Shown piece after piece: positions 36,580-45,800 of a stretch of DNA of 64,000 nt. Position numbers and translations under genes: made by a program. Position 1 is the first letter of the stretch. Every line of letters begins with the position of its first letter. The stretch is from the NCBI GenBank assembly GCA_963840885.1, contig CAWJAN010000005.1, forward strand, positions 12,887 through 76,886, given 5' to 3'. The notes below the pieces were generated by a model. It was not told where the DNA came from, ran no database searches, and worked only from the letters and a program-made list of their open reading frames with translations. This stretch comes from an uncultured bacterium. GTDB lineage: Bacteria > Patescibacteriota > Minisyncoccia > Phycocordibacterales > GWA1-40-21.

Positions 36580-36876
36580 TCAATTCTTGAAAGATTTGTA
36601 AAAAATCTTCAGGAATCTGAAAATGGTCCAGGAGCCAATGCAATAGCCGAAATTATACCAGCCGCCATTGTTATGGATTTCATATATCCCGACTTTGTCG
36701 GAAAAAAGCGAGATGATGAAAGCGACAGGCATTATGAATCCCTGCCACAAGCCATGCCAGAAACCAGCGATCTCGCAATTTGAATTGATGTAGCCTGTCA
36801 CATAGTCATGATCGGCAGCACATCCGCTTGAGAACAGAATATAAATGCATAGAGCAATCAGGCTTAATTTGAGCAT
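36580..36876 (-). CDS. Small lipoprotein (lipobox LFSSGC)
   Basis: SD GGAGGC 7 nt upstream. Preferred over the overlapping plus-strand ORF 36568-36783. Confidence 0.5.
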   Translation of the reverse strand: MLKLSLIALCIYILFSSGCAADHDYVTGYINSNCEIAGFWHGLWQGFIMPVAFIISLFSDKVGIYEIHNNGGWYNFGYCIGSWTIFRFLKIFYKSFKN

Positions 36877-36997
36877 TTCTTGCCTCCAATTTTTCAGAAA
36901 GAATTCTATTCGATATTATAGAATATAAATAATAATAAGTCAATATAAATATGGAGATTGTTCTGCCAGCCGAATACGGTTAAAATGATTTTAAACT

Positions 36998-37588
36998 ATG
37001 GAAACTAACGACGAGGCGCTTAAAAAAATCCGAGATGAGGTCTTGAATCTTAAAAATTCGCCATTATATGAATATAGGATTCAGAATAAATACTTTCCGG
37101 TAATCGGAGAAGGGAATCATAGCGCAAAAATAATGTTTGTGGGAGAAGCGCCTGGCCGCAACGAAGCGAAAAGCGGCAGGCCGTTTTTCGGAGCCGCAGG
37201 AAAAATCCTGGACAAGCTTCTGGAACATGCCGGAATAAAACGCGAAGATGTCTATATAACGAATATCGTAAAAGACAGGCCGGAAAACAACCGTGATCCG
37301 AAACCTGAAGAAATAAAAATCTACGGCCCGTTCCTCGACAGGCAAATTGAGATTATAAAGCCAGAAGTAATAGCGACTCTCGGAAGATATTCCATGGACT
37401 ATATAATGAGGAAGTTCGGGCTCGATTCCGAATTAGTCCCCATAAGCAAGGCGCACGGCAAGGAATTCGATACTGAAGCGAGTTATGGCCCTATAAAGAT
37501 AGCAGTCTTATATCATCCGGCAGTAGTGGTATATAATCCTACAAAGCTCGACGAGCTTAAGAAGGATTTTGAAATATTGAAGAAATAA
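36998..37588 (+). CDS. Uracil-DNA glycosylase, family 4
   Basis: GEGNHSAKIMFVGEAPGRNE..GRPFFGAAG motif. Confidence 0.8.
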   Translation: METNDEALKKIRDEVLNLKNSPLYEYRIQNKYFPVIGEGNHSAKIMFVGEAPGRNEAKSGRPFFGAAGKILDKLLEHAGIKREDVYITNIVKDRPENNRDPKPEEIKIYGPFLDRQIEIIKPEVIATLGRYSMDYIMRKFGLDSELVPISKAHGKEFDTEASYGPIKIAVLYHPAVVVYNPTKLDELKKDFEILKK

Positions 37589-37627
37589 AGCTATTATTTA
37601 TATATAACAATTAAACAAATAAAAAAC

Positions 37628-38218
37628 ATGAATTACGAACAGAAGAATTTCGATCACTTGCTAGGCCTCCCGGGCTTCAGCGACACGCTTTTAAAAAATC
37701 ATTTTACGCTCTACGGCGGCTATGTAACGAATTTCAATAAGCTTAATGACATACTTGTAGCCATGGAGAAAGATGGCAAATTCGGCACACCGGAATTTGC
37801 GGAACTCAATCGCCGGCTAGGATGGGAATTCAATGGCATGAGATTGCATGAATTATATTTCGGAAATATGACAAAAGATGACGCGAACAAGACAACGACC
37901 AAAGACAGCGCCTTTGAGAAAGCGCTCGTGAAAGAATTCGGCTCCTATGAAATGTGGGACAAAGATTTCAGGTCAATGGGAGGAATGCGCGGCATCGGCT
38001 GGGTTATTCTTTATTATGACGCCAAAGCCGGACGATTATTCAATGTCTGGATAAATGAGCATGATGCAGGACATCTATCCGGTGCAACGCCGCTCCTTGT
38101 CATGGATGTGTTCGAACACGCATTTATTACTGACTACGGGCTCAAAAAAGCGGATTATATCGAAAGCTTCGTGAAAGCCATAGACTGGAAAGAAGTCGAG
38201 AAAAGAATGGAAAAATAA
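37628..38218 (+). CDS. Fe/Mn superoxide dismutase family protein (divergent)
   Basis: PLLVMDVFEHAF aligns to PLLGLDVWEHAYY, ADYIESFVKAIDWKEV to PDYIKAFWNVVNWDEV, and LPGFSDTLLKNHF to LPYAYDALEPH. Four putative metal ligands (H, H, D, H) are retained, but the HHxKHH box is absent. Confidence 0.55.
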   Translation: MNYEQKNFDHLLGLPGFSDTLLKNHFTLYGGYVTNFNKLNDILVAMEKDGKFGTPEFAELNRRLGWEFNGMRLHELYFGNMTKDDANKTTTKDSAFEKALVKEFGSYEMWDKDFRSMGGMRGIGWVILYYDAKAGRLFNVWINEHDAGHLSGATPLLVMDVFEHAFITDYGLKKADYIESFVKAIDWKEVEKRMEK

Positions 38219-38227
38219 AAAATATTT

Positions 38228-38256
38228 AAAAACCGGGCTAAACGCCCGGTTTTGAC
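38228..38256 (+). terminator. Rho-independent terminator
   Basis: AACCGGGC-taaac-GCCCGGTT followed by a T tract. Confidence 0.6.
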
Positions 38257-38280
38257 ATTATATTTTTTACGTGTTAATAT
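38252..38280 (+). promoter_or_regulatory. Sigma70-like promoter TTGACA-N17-TAATAT for paralog A
   Basis: Hexamers were read directly from the sequence. Confidence 0.4.
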
Positions 38281-38321
38281 TATTATTGGAACATGTTTCA
38301 TATCAATTATGGAGGACTGTC

Positions 38322-38801
38322 ATGGCGGAAAACATCGGAATTCGTGAGTACATCGAAAAAAGATTAAATGCCTTAGAACCGATAGAAACTGCGCCCCGGC
38401 AATTTTCCCCGAATCAATGGGAAATTTTTATCGGGGTGATAACGAGCGAAAGGATTAAAAAAATATACCACTTGTCCAAAATTGTGCTTGGAGAGCTGGA
38501 GAAGCTTTCTTCAAGGCGCGATACGGCCATAAAAGATTCCATGAAAGAGGAAATCCGGCTGACATCATTTGATATAAACCGTCTTGATTGCGTCAAAAGA
38601 ATGCTTGATGCGGAATTCGAAGGGTCTTTGTATTACGAATTCCCGAAGATCAGGGATTATGCCGATTACGATCTCGGCATAGTCGTGCAAAAAGACTGGA
38701 AAGTAATTATATTAAAAAAGGAGATGATGGAAGCATTTTCTGAATTCATGATAGGGATGGAATTCAGGGAAAAATTCAGCGGCGGCTCATCAGTAAATTA
38801 G
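38322..38801 (+). CDS. Hypothetical protein, tandem paralog A (159 aa)
   Basis: SD GGAGGA 10 nt upstream of the ATG at 38322. It shares EIFIGVITSERIKKIYHLSKIVLGELEKL / DWKVIILKKE-type blocks with paralog B. Confidence 0.5.
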   Translation: MAENIGIREYIEKRLNALEPIETAPRQFSPNQWEIFIGVITSERIKKIYHLSKIVLGELEKLSSRRDTAIKDSMKEEIRLTSFDINRLDCVKRMLDAEFEGSLYYEFPKIRDYADYDLGIVVQKDWKVIILKKEMMEAFSEFMIGMEFREKFSGGSSVN

Positions 38802-38806
38802 CCATA

Positions 38807-38845
38807 TGCCGTTATTTACGGCCCGGAGAGAAATCTCCGGGTCTT
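38807..38845 (+). terminator. Rho-independent terminator (CCCGGAGA...TCTCCGGG)
   Basis: Hairpin followed by a T tract. It is nearly the same hairpin as the one at 39331-39372. Confidence 0.55.
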
Positions 38846-38865
38846 TTTATTTTTATAAAAAATAT

Positions 38866-38893
38866 TTGAAAATTATTTCATTAATGATAATAT
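38866..38893 (+). promoter_or_regulatory. Sigma70-like promoter TTGAAA-N16-TAATAT for paralog B
   Basis: Hexamers were read directly from the sequence. Confidence 0.4.
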
Positions 38894-38934
38894 TGCTTCC
38901 GGAAGTCGCAATTCTGGAACAGGAGGCGGAAAAA

Positions 38935-39330
38935 ATGATAACTCAGAAATATTTCAGTGAATTCCTGAAACGATTAACATCTATCGATCCGGATTTGTTT
39001 GTGCCGACGCAGGATATCATAAGCACGGATGCTTATTTCATAGGCATTATCAAAGATCCGGGAATCAAACAGGTTTACAGCTTTATCATGGAGCTTGAAA
39101 GAGAGCTTGAAGAAGCCATCAAATCCTCTCCGGAAAAAATAGAAAGGATAGAGTTTTTCATTGATGAATGCTGGCTTATATTCTGGGATTTTGCAAAAGT
39201 TGAATTCCCGCACATAAACAAAGTGCCAGAAGGCTCGGTATACATCTGCAGCGGATGGAAATTCGTTTTGGTTCCAAACGACGGACGAAAACCGGTTATG
39301 GCCAATAAGTTTCATCTTAATCAGAATTAA
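38935..39330 (+). CDS. Hypothetical protein, tandem paralog B (131 aa)
   Basis: SD GGAGGCGG upstream of the ATG at 38935. Contains AYFIGIIKDPGIKQVYSFIMELERELEEA / GWKFVLVPND. Confidence 0.5.
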   Translation: MITQKYFSEFLKRLTSIDPDLFVPTQDIISTDAYFIGIIKDPGIKQVYSFIMELERELEEAIKSSPEKIERIEFFIDECWLIFWDFAKVEFPHINKVPEGSVYICSGWKFVLVPNDGRKPVMANKFHLNQN

Positions 39331-39372
39331 GCATTCTGCCGGCCCGGAGATTAAACTCTCCGGGCCTTTTTA
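39331..39372 (+). terminator. Rho-independent terminator (GGCCCGGAGA...TCTCCGGGCC)
   Basis: Hairpin followed by a T tract. Confidence 0.55.
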
Positions 39373-39403
39373 ATATGAAGTTTTTTATGATATAAATACG
39401 CTT

Positions 39404-41200
39404 ATGAAATCGGACGAAATACGCGAAAGATACCTTAAATTCTTTGAAAAAAGAGGGCATAAAATAATCCCTTCGGCATCGCTTGTACCAGAAAATGATC
39501 CCTCATCTCTTTTTATAAGCGCAGGAATGCAGCCAATGGTTCCTTATCTGCTTGGTGCAAAACATCCGGCTGGCGTAAGGATAGTGGATGTCCAGAAATG
39601 CGTTAGAACAGGCGATATTGATGATGTGGGTGATAACCGCCACTGCACCTTCTTTGAAATGCTTGGAAACTGGTCGCTCGGCGATTACTTTAAAAAAGAA
39701 TCGATCGACTGGAGTTTGGAATTTATTACAAATAAAAAAGAAGGTTTGGGATTGGATCCGAAAAGGCTTTATGTCACGGTTTTCAAGGGCGAAGACGGAA
39801 TTCCGCGCGATGAAGAATCGATAAATATCTGGAAGGATACTTTTAAAAAACCTGGGATTGACGCGGAAGTGGCAGGTAAAGATGAATATATAAAAGACGA
39901 TATAAGAATTATTCCGCTTGGAAAAGATGATAATTTTTGGATTGCCGGAAATACCGGTCCATGCGGAGGAGACACTGAATTTTTTTACGATGTCCTGGGA
40001 AATGGAAAAGTTGAGGGTGATTTTCATGAATTGGTAAAATCCGGAAGAATCATTGAAATTTGGAATAATGTTTTCATGGAATTCAATAAAACTGCAGACG
40101 GCAAATATGAAAAGCTGGCAAAACCGAATGTGGATACTGGAATGGGACTAGAGAGAACGGCTGTTGTAATGCAAGGCAAGGATAATGTTTTTGAAACCGA
40201 TCTTTTCGAGCCTTTGATGTCTTACATTCATTCAAATTCTGAAAAATACGACGAAAGACTTGCAAGAATTGTTGCAGACCATATACGTTCCACAGTCTTC
40301 ATTATTTCTGACGGAGTAATGCCTGCAAATACAGAAGCGGGATACGTGCTCAGAAGAGTTTTGAGAAGAGCCATAAGATCGATAGATAATTTGAAACTTA
40401 AGGAAGAATCTATTTTTGATTTAGCCAAGATAGTTATAAAAAATTATTCCCATGCTTATCCGAGCCTGAAAACAAAAGAAAGCGAAATATTAGATGCAAT
40501 CAAAAAAGAAGATGCAAAATTCAGAGAAACTCTGGATAAGGGCCTAAAGGAATTCGAAAAAGGCACCAGTGCATTCGACTTGTTCCAGACCTACGGCTTT
40601 CCGCTTGAGATGACGCTTGAGCTGGCTATGGAAGAGGGAAGGCATATAGATGTGGATGAGTTTAACCGTAAGATGAAAGAACATCAGGAAATTTCTCGTG
40701 CAGGAAGCGAACAGAAATTCAAAGGCGGGCTTGCGAGCCACGGCGAGATGGAGACGAAATATCATACCGCGACCCATATGATGCTCGCGGCGCTTCAGAA
40801 AGTCCTAGGCGCGCCGATAGTCCAGAAGGGAAGCAATATCACTGCGGAAAGAATGCGCTTTGATTTCAACTGGCCGCAAAAGCTGACCAAAGAACAGATA
40901 AAAGGGGTGGAAGATATGGTAAATGAAAAAATCGCCGAGAAACTGCCGGTAGAAATGGTTGAGCTGCCGAAAGCCGAAGCGCAAAAAATCGCCACTACGC
41001 TCGCATTCGACCTTTCAAGCTACGGCGATATCGTAAAAGTTTATAAAATCGGCTATGTGCCGGAAATTGACAAAGCCTTCAGTATAGAATTCTGCGGCGG
41101 CCCGCATGTAAAAAATACAGGCGAGCTCGGGCATTTCAAAATCGCAAAAGAAGAGGCTGTAAGCGCAGGAGTAAGGAGAATAAAAGCTGTGCTTGAATAA
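39404..41200 (+). CDS. alaS: Alanine--tRNA ligase, short form (598 aa; catalytic, tRNA-recognition and editing domains present, C-Ala domain absent)
   Basis: N-terminal core FISAGMQPMVPY, editing-domain HxxxH (HTATHMM) and CGGPHV motifs. Confidence 0.85.
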   Translation: MKSDEIRERYLKFFEKRGHKIIPSASLVPENDPSSLFISAGMQPMVPYLLGAKHPAGVRIVDVQKCVRTGDIDDVGDNRHCTFFEMLGNWSLGDYFKKESIDWSLEFITNKKEGLGLDPKRLYVTVFKGEDGIPRDEESINIWKDTFKKPGIDAEVAGKDEYIKDDIRIIPLGKDDNFWIAGNTGPCGGDTEFFYDVLGNGKVEGDFHELVKSGRIIEIWNNVFMEFNKTADGKYEKLAKPNVDTGMGLERTAVVMQGKDNVFETDLFEPLMSYIHSNSEKYDERLARIVADHIRSTVFIISDGVMPANTEAGYVLRRVLRRAIRSIDNLKLKEESIFDLAKIVIKNYSHAYPSLKTKESEILDAIKKEDAKFRETLDKGLKEFEKGTSAFDLFQTYGFPLEMTLELAMEEGRHIDVDEFNRKMKEHQEISRAGSEQKFKGGLASHGEMETKYHTATHMMLAALQKVLGAPIVQKGSNITAERMRFDFNWPQKLTKEQIKGVEDMVNEKIAEKLPVEMVELPKAEAQKIATTLAFDLSSYGDIVKVYKIGYVPEIDKAFSIEFCGGPHVKNTGELGHFKIAKEEAVSAGVRRIKAVLE

Positions 41201-41204
41201 ATCA

Positions 41205-41245
41205 GTCTTCAAAAGCCGGCGCCCTAACTGGCGCCGGCTTTTGAT
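41205..41245 (+). terminator. Rho-independent terminator
   Basis: AAAAGCCGGCGCC-ctaact-GGCGCCGGCTTTT. Confidence 0.6.
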
Positions 41246-41266
41246 TTTAGCTTTCTGCTTGCTATA

Positions 41267-42448
41267 ATGTATGCAATGAGTATTTTTTCTTCCAAAAATA
41301 AATCTTCCTTATCTCTTGTTTTTGATTTGAGGGATTCATATGTCTCGATTGCCGCAATAAATTTCGTAAATGAAAGCAAGCCCGAAATAATATTATGTCA
41401 AAACTTTGAAATCAATCCGTCAAACCACGAAGATTACGGTAAATACACATCCTCCATGCTAAGTTCTGTAAAAGAAGGGATTCTGGCCGTTAGGAAAGAT
41501 CTGGCCAAAAAGGGAAGCAAAGAAAGCATAAGAAAATACCATTTCTTCATAGGATCTCCCTGGAGCGTTTCGGAAAGCAAAACCATAAAGATAATTAAAA
41601 ACAAAAAATTCGAAGTTACAAAAGAGATACTAGGAAAAATAGTCAGCGACGAGGAAGAAACGATAAAAAAGGATATGAGCACCAGCATAAAGCTGGAAAA
41701 CTGGAAAATCCTCGAAGAAAAAATCGTGGAGTTCAAGCTGAACGGCTATAAGGCAGAAAAGGTCTTCGACAAAAAGATAACCGAGCTCGAGGCCGAGCTC
41801 TTCGTCTCTTTCATTCCGGTAGAAGTCTATAAGGGCCTGTCAGATATAACTTCAGGCGGACATATAAAGACAACTATGAATTCGTCCATGCTTGCTTCAT
41901 ATATATTTTTTAGGGATCTTTATTCGGACAAAAATAATTTCATATGCGTGGATATAGGCAATTTCGTAACTGATATATTCTTCGTGAGAAACGATGTTAT
42001 ATCAGGAGCAGTATCTTTTCCGCTCGGAGAAAAAGATCTGATAAAAACCATGATGTCGCACGCCAAAATACCGGAAAGTTCGATAATGACATACATAAAT
42101 ATGATGTGCCACGGAGCCTGCGAAGAGGAAACCAAAAAAGAAACGAAGAGACTACTGAAAGAGAGCAAAAACATATGGCTGGAAAAGTTCAAGCTTGCTA
42201 TGTCGAAAATATCCTCGGAAACGGATATTCCAAAGAATATTTTCGTCATTGAAAATACAAATCTGGTAAGAGCCATGATGAAAGAGTTGTCTGACGAGGA
42301 TGTGAATATTATGGGAATGAAAATGGCTGTAGAACATATAAGCGAGGCGATGATAGACAATAATATCGAAAATGGAAAAGATTTTAAAAACGAGCCTTAT
42401 ATAAAGATAGATACGGTATTTTTGGATAAGATAATATTTAAAAAATAA
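41267..42448 (+). CDS. Actin-like ATPase-fold protein (FtsA/PilM-like), hypothetical
   Basis: Phosphate-1-like LVFDLRDSYVSIA and phosphate-2/adenosine-like FICVDIGNFVTDIFFV. The C-terminus (TVFLDKIIFKK) could be amphipathic. Confidence 0.4.
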   Translation: MYAMSIFSSKNKSSLSLVFDLRDSYVSIAAINFVNESKPEIILCQNFEINPSNHEDYGKYTSSMLSSVKEGILAVRKDLAKKGSKESIRKYHFFIGSPWSVSESKTIKIIKNKKFEVTKEILGKIVSDEEETIKKDMSTSIKLENWKILEEKIVEFKLNGYKAEKVFDKKITELEAELFVSFIPVEVYKGLSDITSGGHIKTTMNSSMLASYIFFRDLYSDKNNFICVDIGNFVTDIFFVRNDVISGAVSFPLGEKDLIKTMMSHAKIPESSIMTYINMMCHGACEEETKKETKRLLKESKNIWLEKFKLAMSKISSETDIPKNIFVIENTNLVRAMMKELSDEDVNIMGMKMAVEHISEAMIDNNIENGKDFKNEPYIKIDTVFLDKIIFKK

Positions 42449-42468
42449 AATTCAAACTTTTTAAACCC

Positions 42469-43827
42469 ATGGCTAGAAAAATAATACAGGACATCATAGT
42501 TAAAGATAAAAAAAACGACCATGCGTCGAAAAAGATCGAGGCCGAAAGGCATTTGTTTTTTAGGGAAAAAATATACGATAATAATGATGATGTATTTGCC
42601 AAAAAACTTAACGAGCTTAAAGATAAGGAGCATATGTTTGAAAAAAATGATGACTCGGAATTTCCTAAAGAAAAAGTTTCCAAAAACTCTGTTTATTTTC
42701 TATGGGCCCTTGGCTTTGCACTTATCGTCACAATAGTTTTCCTTCTGTCTTCTGTTTTTGCAACTGCAAAAATAATCATAACGCCGAAAAATACCGATTT
42801 AAGCATGAGTGATACATATACTGCAAGCGATAATAAAGATGCTGCCGGTCTTCATTATGAAATTATGACCGTGGAAAAAACGATGTCAAAATCCCTTCCT
42901 ACAAGCGGCGAGGAAAGCGTCGAAAGAAAAGCCATCGGAAAAGTCACCATATACAACAAATACAGCACCCAAACCCAGCGTCTGATAAACAATACGAGAT
43001 TGGAAACGCCTGACGGACTCATTTACAGGATAAGGGAATCTGTGGATGTTCCGGGAATGAGCGGTTCGACTCCGGGAAGCGTAACAGTAGATGTAATAGC
43101 CGATGAATCCGGCGACAAATACAATATGAATGTCAGCGACCTGAAAGGCGATTTCACGATTCCTGGATTTGCCGGCAGCCCGAAATTCGACGGATTTTTT
43201 GCAAGGATAAGTTCAGACATAACTGGTGGCTACATAGGAAATGTTAAAAGCGTATCAAACAATGATCTGACTGCCGGAAGAAACCAGCTGAAAAATGATT
43301 TGCAAACTGAACTCATAAAAGAAGTTTACGACCAGAAGCCGGACGGATACTTAATATTCGACAATAACTACTATACCGATATGAACGACCTGCCAGACAA
43401 TTCAAGCACTAGCGATTATTCCATCTCCGAAGACGGAACGATACATGCGATAATATTCAGCAGATCCGATTTAGCGGATTTCCTGGCAAAAAACAAGATA
43501 AGCGGTTTTGACGGATCAGAAGTCGATATCCTTCCCGGTGATGATTTCACTTCCTCAATTTCCGGCACAACGGCGCAGCCTTGGAACGAACATACTTTGA
43601 AAATAAGCTTTTCGGGAAATATCAAGATAGTCTGGGTTTACAATGGCGGCGACATAATAAGCGACATCGCAGGCCAGAATAAATCAGTAATACCGGCCAT
43701 TCTGGACAAATATAAGACTTCAGTGGAAGCGATAACTGCTAGCATAAATCCTTCCTGGGTAAAAACATTCCCCAAGAATCCTAAAAAAATAAGCATCGTT
43801 GACTCGGTTACGGGAAACTCCATATAA
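42469..43827 (+). CDS. Bitopic membrane protein with a ~70-aa cytoplasmic N-terminus, one TM and a ~350-aa extracytoplasmic domain. It is a possible partner of the actin-like ATPase
   Basis: TM segment YFLWALGFALIVTIVFLLSSVFA. Confidence 0.4.
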   Translation: MARKIIQDIIVKDKKNDHASKKIEAERHLFFREKIYDNNDDVFAKKLNELKDKEHMFEKNDDSEFPKEKVSKNSVYFLWALGFALIVTIVFLLSSVFATAKIIITPKNTDLSMSDTYTASDNKDAAGLHYEIMTVEKTMSKSLPTSGEESVERKAIGKVTIYNKYSTQTQRLINNTRLETPDGLIYRIRESVDVPGMSGSTPGSVTVDVIADESGDKYNMNVSDLKGDFTIPGFAGSPKFDGFFARISSDITGGYIGNVKSVSNNDLTAGRNQLKNDLQTELIKEVYDQKPDGYLIFDNNYYTDMNDLPDNSSTSDYSISEDGTIHAIIFSRSDLADFLAKNKISGFDGSEVDILPGDDFTSSISGTTAQPWNEHTLKISFSGNIKIVWVYNGGDIISDIAGQNKSVIPAILDKYKTSVEAITASINPSWVKTFPKNPKKISIVDSVTGNSI

Positions 43828-43878
43828 AAACTTGCAAATGCTGAAAAAGTTTGTTATTATCTTTTGGCCTTATAAATA

Positions 43879-44100
43879 ATGCAAGCGACGAAAAAAAATA
43901 AAGAAACATCCGTTGGAATTGTTCTTGAAGCATTTCCCAACACCATCTTCAAGATAAGACTCGAAAATGACAAAGGGGAAATACTGGCTTATTTGGCCGG
44001 TAAAATGAGGATGAACAGGATAAAAATCCTGGTCGGTGACAGAGTGGAAGTCCTGCTTGATGAATATGGAGGTAAGGGAAGAATAATAAGAAGGCTATAA
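43879..44100 (+). CDS. infA: Translation initiation factor IF-1
   Basis: S1-like OB fold with [18 protein letters not shown]. Confidence 0.9.
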   Translation: MQATKKNKETSVGIVLEAFPNTIFKIRLENDKGEILAYLAGKMRMNRIKILVGDRVEVLLDEYGGKGRIIRRL

Positions 44101-44110
44101 TCTTAAAACA

Positions 44111-44227
44111 ATGAAAGTAAAGGCTTCAGTAAAAAAGATATGCGCTAAATGCAAGACTGTCAGAAGAAATGGCAGGGTTTTTGTCACATGCACATCTAAT
44201 CCACGCCATAAGCAGAGGCAGGGATAA
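44111..44227 (+). CDS. rpmJ: 50S ribosomal protein L36 (absent from the ORF track because it is under 60 aa)
   Basis: [38 protein letters not shown]. Confidence 0.85.
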   Translation: MKVKASVKKICAKCKTVRRNGRVFVTCTSNPRHKQRQG

Positions 44228-44279
44228 AACAGTTGATTTTTAATAATAAAAATGCTAATGTAAGCATTCGTGCAATTTT

Positions 44280-44660
44280 ATGCGTATAGTAGGTATCACA
44301 ATCCCGGAAAACAAAAGATTGAAAGTCGGACTAACGGTTCTTTACGGAATCGGTCTTCCGCTTGCCAAACAGATACTTGAAAAATCAAAAGTCAATATAG
44401 ATAAAAAGCCGGCAGAACTTTCCGCAGAGGAAGAAAACAGGATAAAAAAGACCATAGAAGAGATAAAGATAGAGGGAGATCTTAAGAGAGAAGTCGGTTC
44501 CAATATAAAAAGGCTCAAGGATATAAAAGCATACAGGGGTATAAGGCATATAAGAAAGCTTCCTTCAAGAGGTCAGAGAACCAAGACAAATTCCAGGACA
44601 CTCAGAGGAAACAAGAGAGTCACTATGGGTACCGGAAGAAAGAAAGAAGAAAAGAAATAA
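44280..44660 (+). CDS. rpsM: 30S ribosomal protein S13
   Basis: GIGLPLAKQIL...YRGIRHIRKLPSRGQRTKTNSRT. Confidence 0.9.
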   Translation: MRIVGITIPENKRLKVGLTVLYGIGLPLAKQILEKSKVNIDKKPAELSAEEENRIKKTIEEIKIEGDLKREVGSNIKRLKDIKAYRGIRHIRKLPSRGQRTKTNSRTLRGNKRVTMGTGRKKEEKK

Positions 44661-44690
44661 CGTTAAAAATAAAAAAATTCCAAACGACCA

Positions 44691-45128
44691 ATGGGTAAGA
44701 AAAGAATAGTAAAAACAGAAGAAAAGACGGATGCCGCAAAACAAGGCGCCGTTGAGACAGCAAAAAAATCCTCGAAGAAAAAAATCGAGTCAGGCATTTT
44801 GTATGTCCAATCGACATACAATAACACCATGGTCCTCTTTACGGACAAATCCGGAAATGCTCTTCTTTCATCTTCTGCAGGGGCGCTCGGTTTTAAAGGC
44901 GCAAAAAAAGGAACTCCTTTTGCAGCCGCAAAAGTGGGTGAAACTCTCGGAGAAAAAGCTGCCGTACTCGGAGTAAAGGAAATAGATGTGGTCGTTAAAG
45001 GAGTCGGTTCTGGAAGAGAATCTGCCATAAGAGGTTTCGTTTCAAAAGGCATAAATATTACAAAGATAAAAGATGAGACCCCTGTTCCTCACAACGGACC
45101 TAAGCCTAAGAAACCTAGGAGAGTATAA
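44691..45128 (+). CDS. rpsK: 30S ribosomal protein S11
   Basis: ILYVQSTYNNTMVLFTD...GVGSGRESAIRG. Confidence 0.9.
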   Translation: MGKKRIVKTEEKTDAAKQGAVETAKKSSKKKIESGILYVQSTYNNTMVLFTDKSGNALLSSSAGALGFKGAKKGTPFAAAKVGETLGEKAAVLGVKEIDVVVKGVGSGRESAIRGFVSKGINITKIKDETPVPHNGPKPKKPRRV

Positions 45129-45141
45129 AATTTAAATAATC

Positions 45142-45744
45142 ATGAAAGTAGGTCCAAAATACAAAATAGCAAGAAGACTCGGGGCAAGCGTTTTTGACAA
45201 GACGCAGACACAGAAGTTTGCAATGAAAGCCGGGGCAAAAAAGACGTTCAAAAAAATGACCGGCTCCGATTTCGGAATCCAGCTTTTGGAAAAACAGAAA
45301 GCCAGAGTCACTTATGGCATCGGAGAAAAACAGTTCAAAAAGCTTGTCGAAGGAATAATCGCAAAAAAACTTCCTAATACCGGCGAATCTCTCATTCAAT
45401 CCCTGGAAACGAGGCTCGACAATACAATTTATAGGCTCGGATTTGCAAGCACCAGGCAAGCAGCAAGACAAATGGTCGGCCACGGACATATAAACGTAAA
45501 CGGAAAAAGGATGAATATTCCATCGCACAGGATAAAGATTGGCGATGTCATATCAATAAGAGAAGGCAGCCAGAAAAAAACCTTGTTCAGCAACTTAAAC
45601 GAAAAACTCAGGGAAACAAGGACGCCGTCATGGCTTTCGCTCGATGCGGCAAAGAGAGAAGCAAAAGTGCAAGGACTTCCGAAAATAGCGCCGAACGAGA
45701 TATCCTTCGACCTTTCCCAGATAATCCAGTTCTACAACAAGTAG
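45142..45744 (+). CDS. rpsD: 30S ribosomal protein S4
   Basis: KYKIARRLG...YRLGFASTRQAARQMVGHGHINVNG (S4 domain). Confidence 0.9.
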   Translation: MKVGPKYKIARRLGASVFDKTQTQKFAMKAGAKKTFKKMTGSDFGIQLLEKQKARVTYGIGEKQFKKLVEGIIAKKLPNTGESLIQSLETRLDNTIYRLGFASTRQAARQMVGHGHINVNGKRMNIPSHRIKIGDVISIREGSQKKTLFSNLNEKLRETRTPSWLSLDAAKREAKVQGLPKIAPNEISFDLSQIIQFYNK

Positions 45745-45800
45745 TTTAAAAAAGTTTATCAAAATTTATCAATAATTAATAACAAAGCGCTTTAAATAAT

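Noticed and set aside
36568-36783. 71-aa plus-strand ORF
   Set aside because: It overlaps the minus-strand lipoprotein gene, which has a clear lipobox and a GGAGGC SD. The plus ORF has neither.
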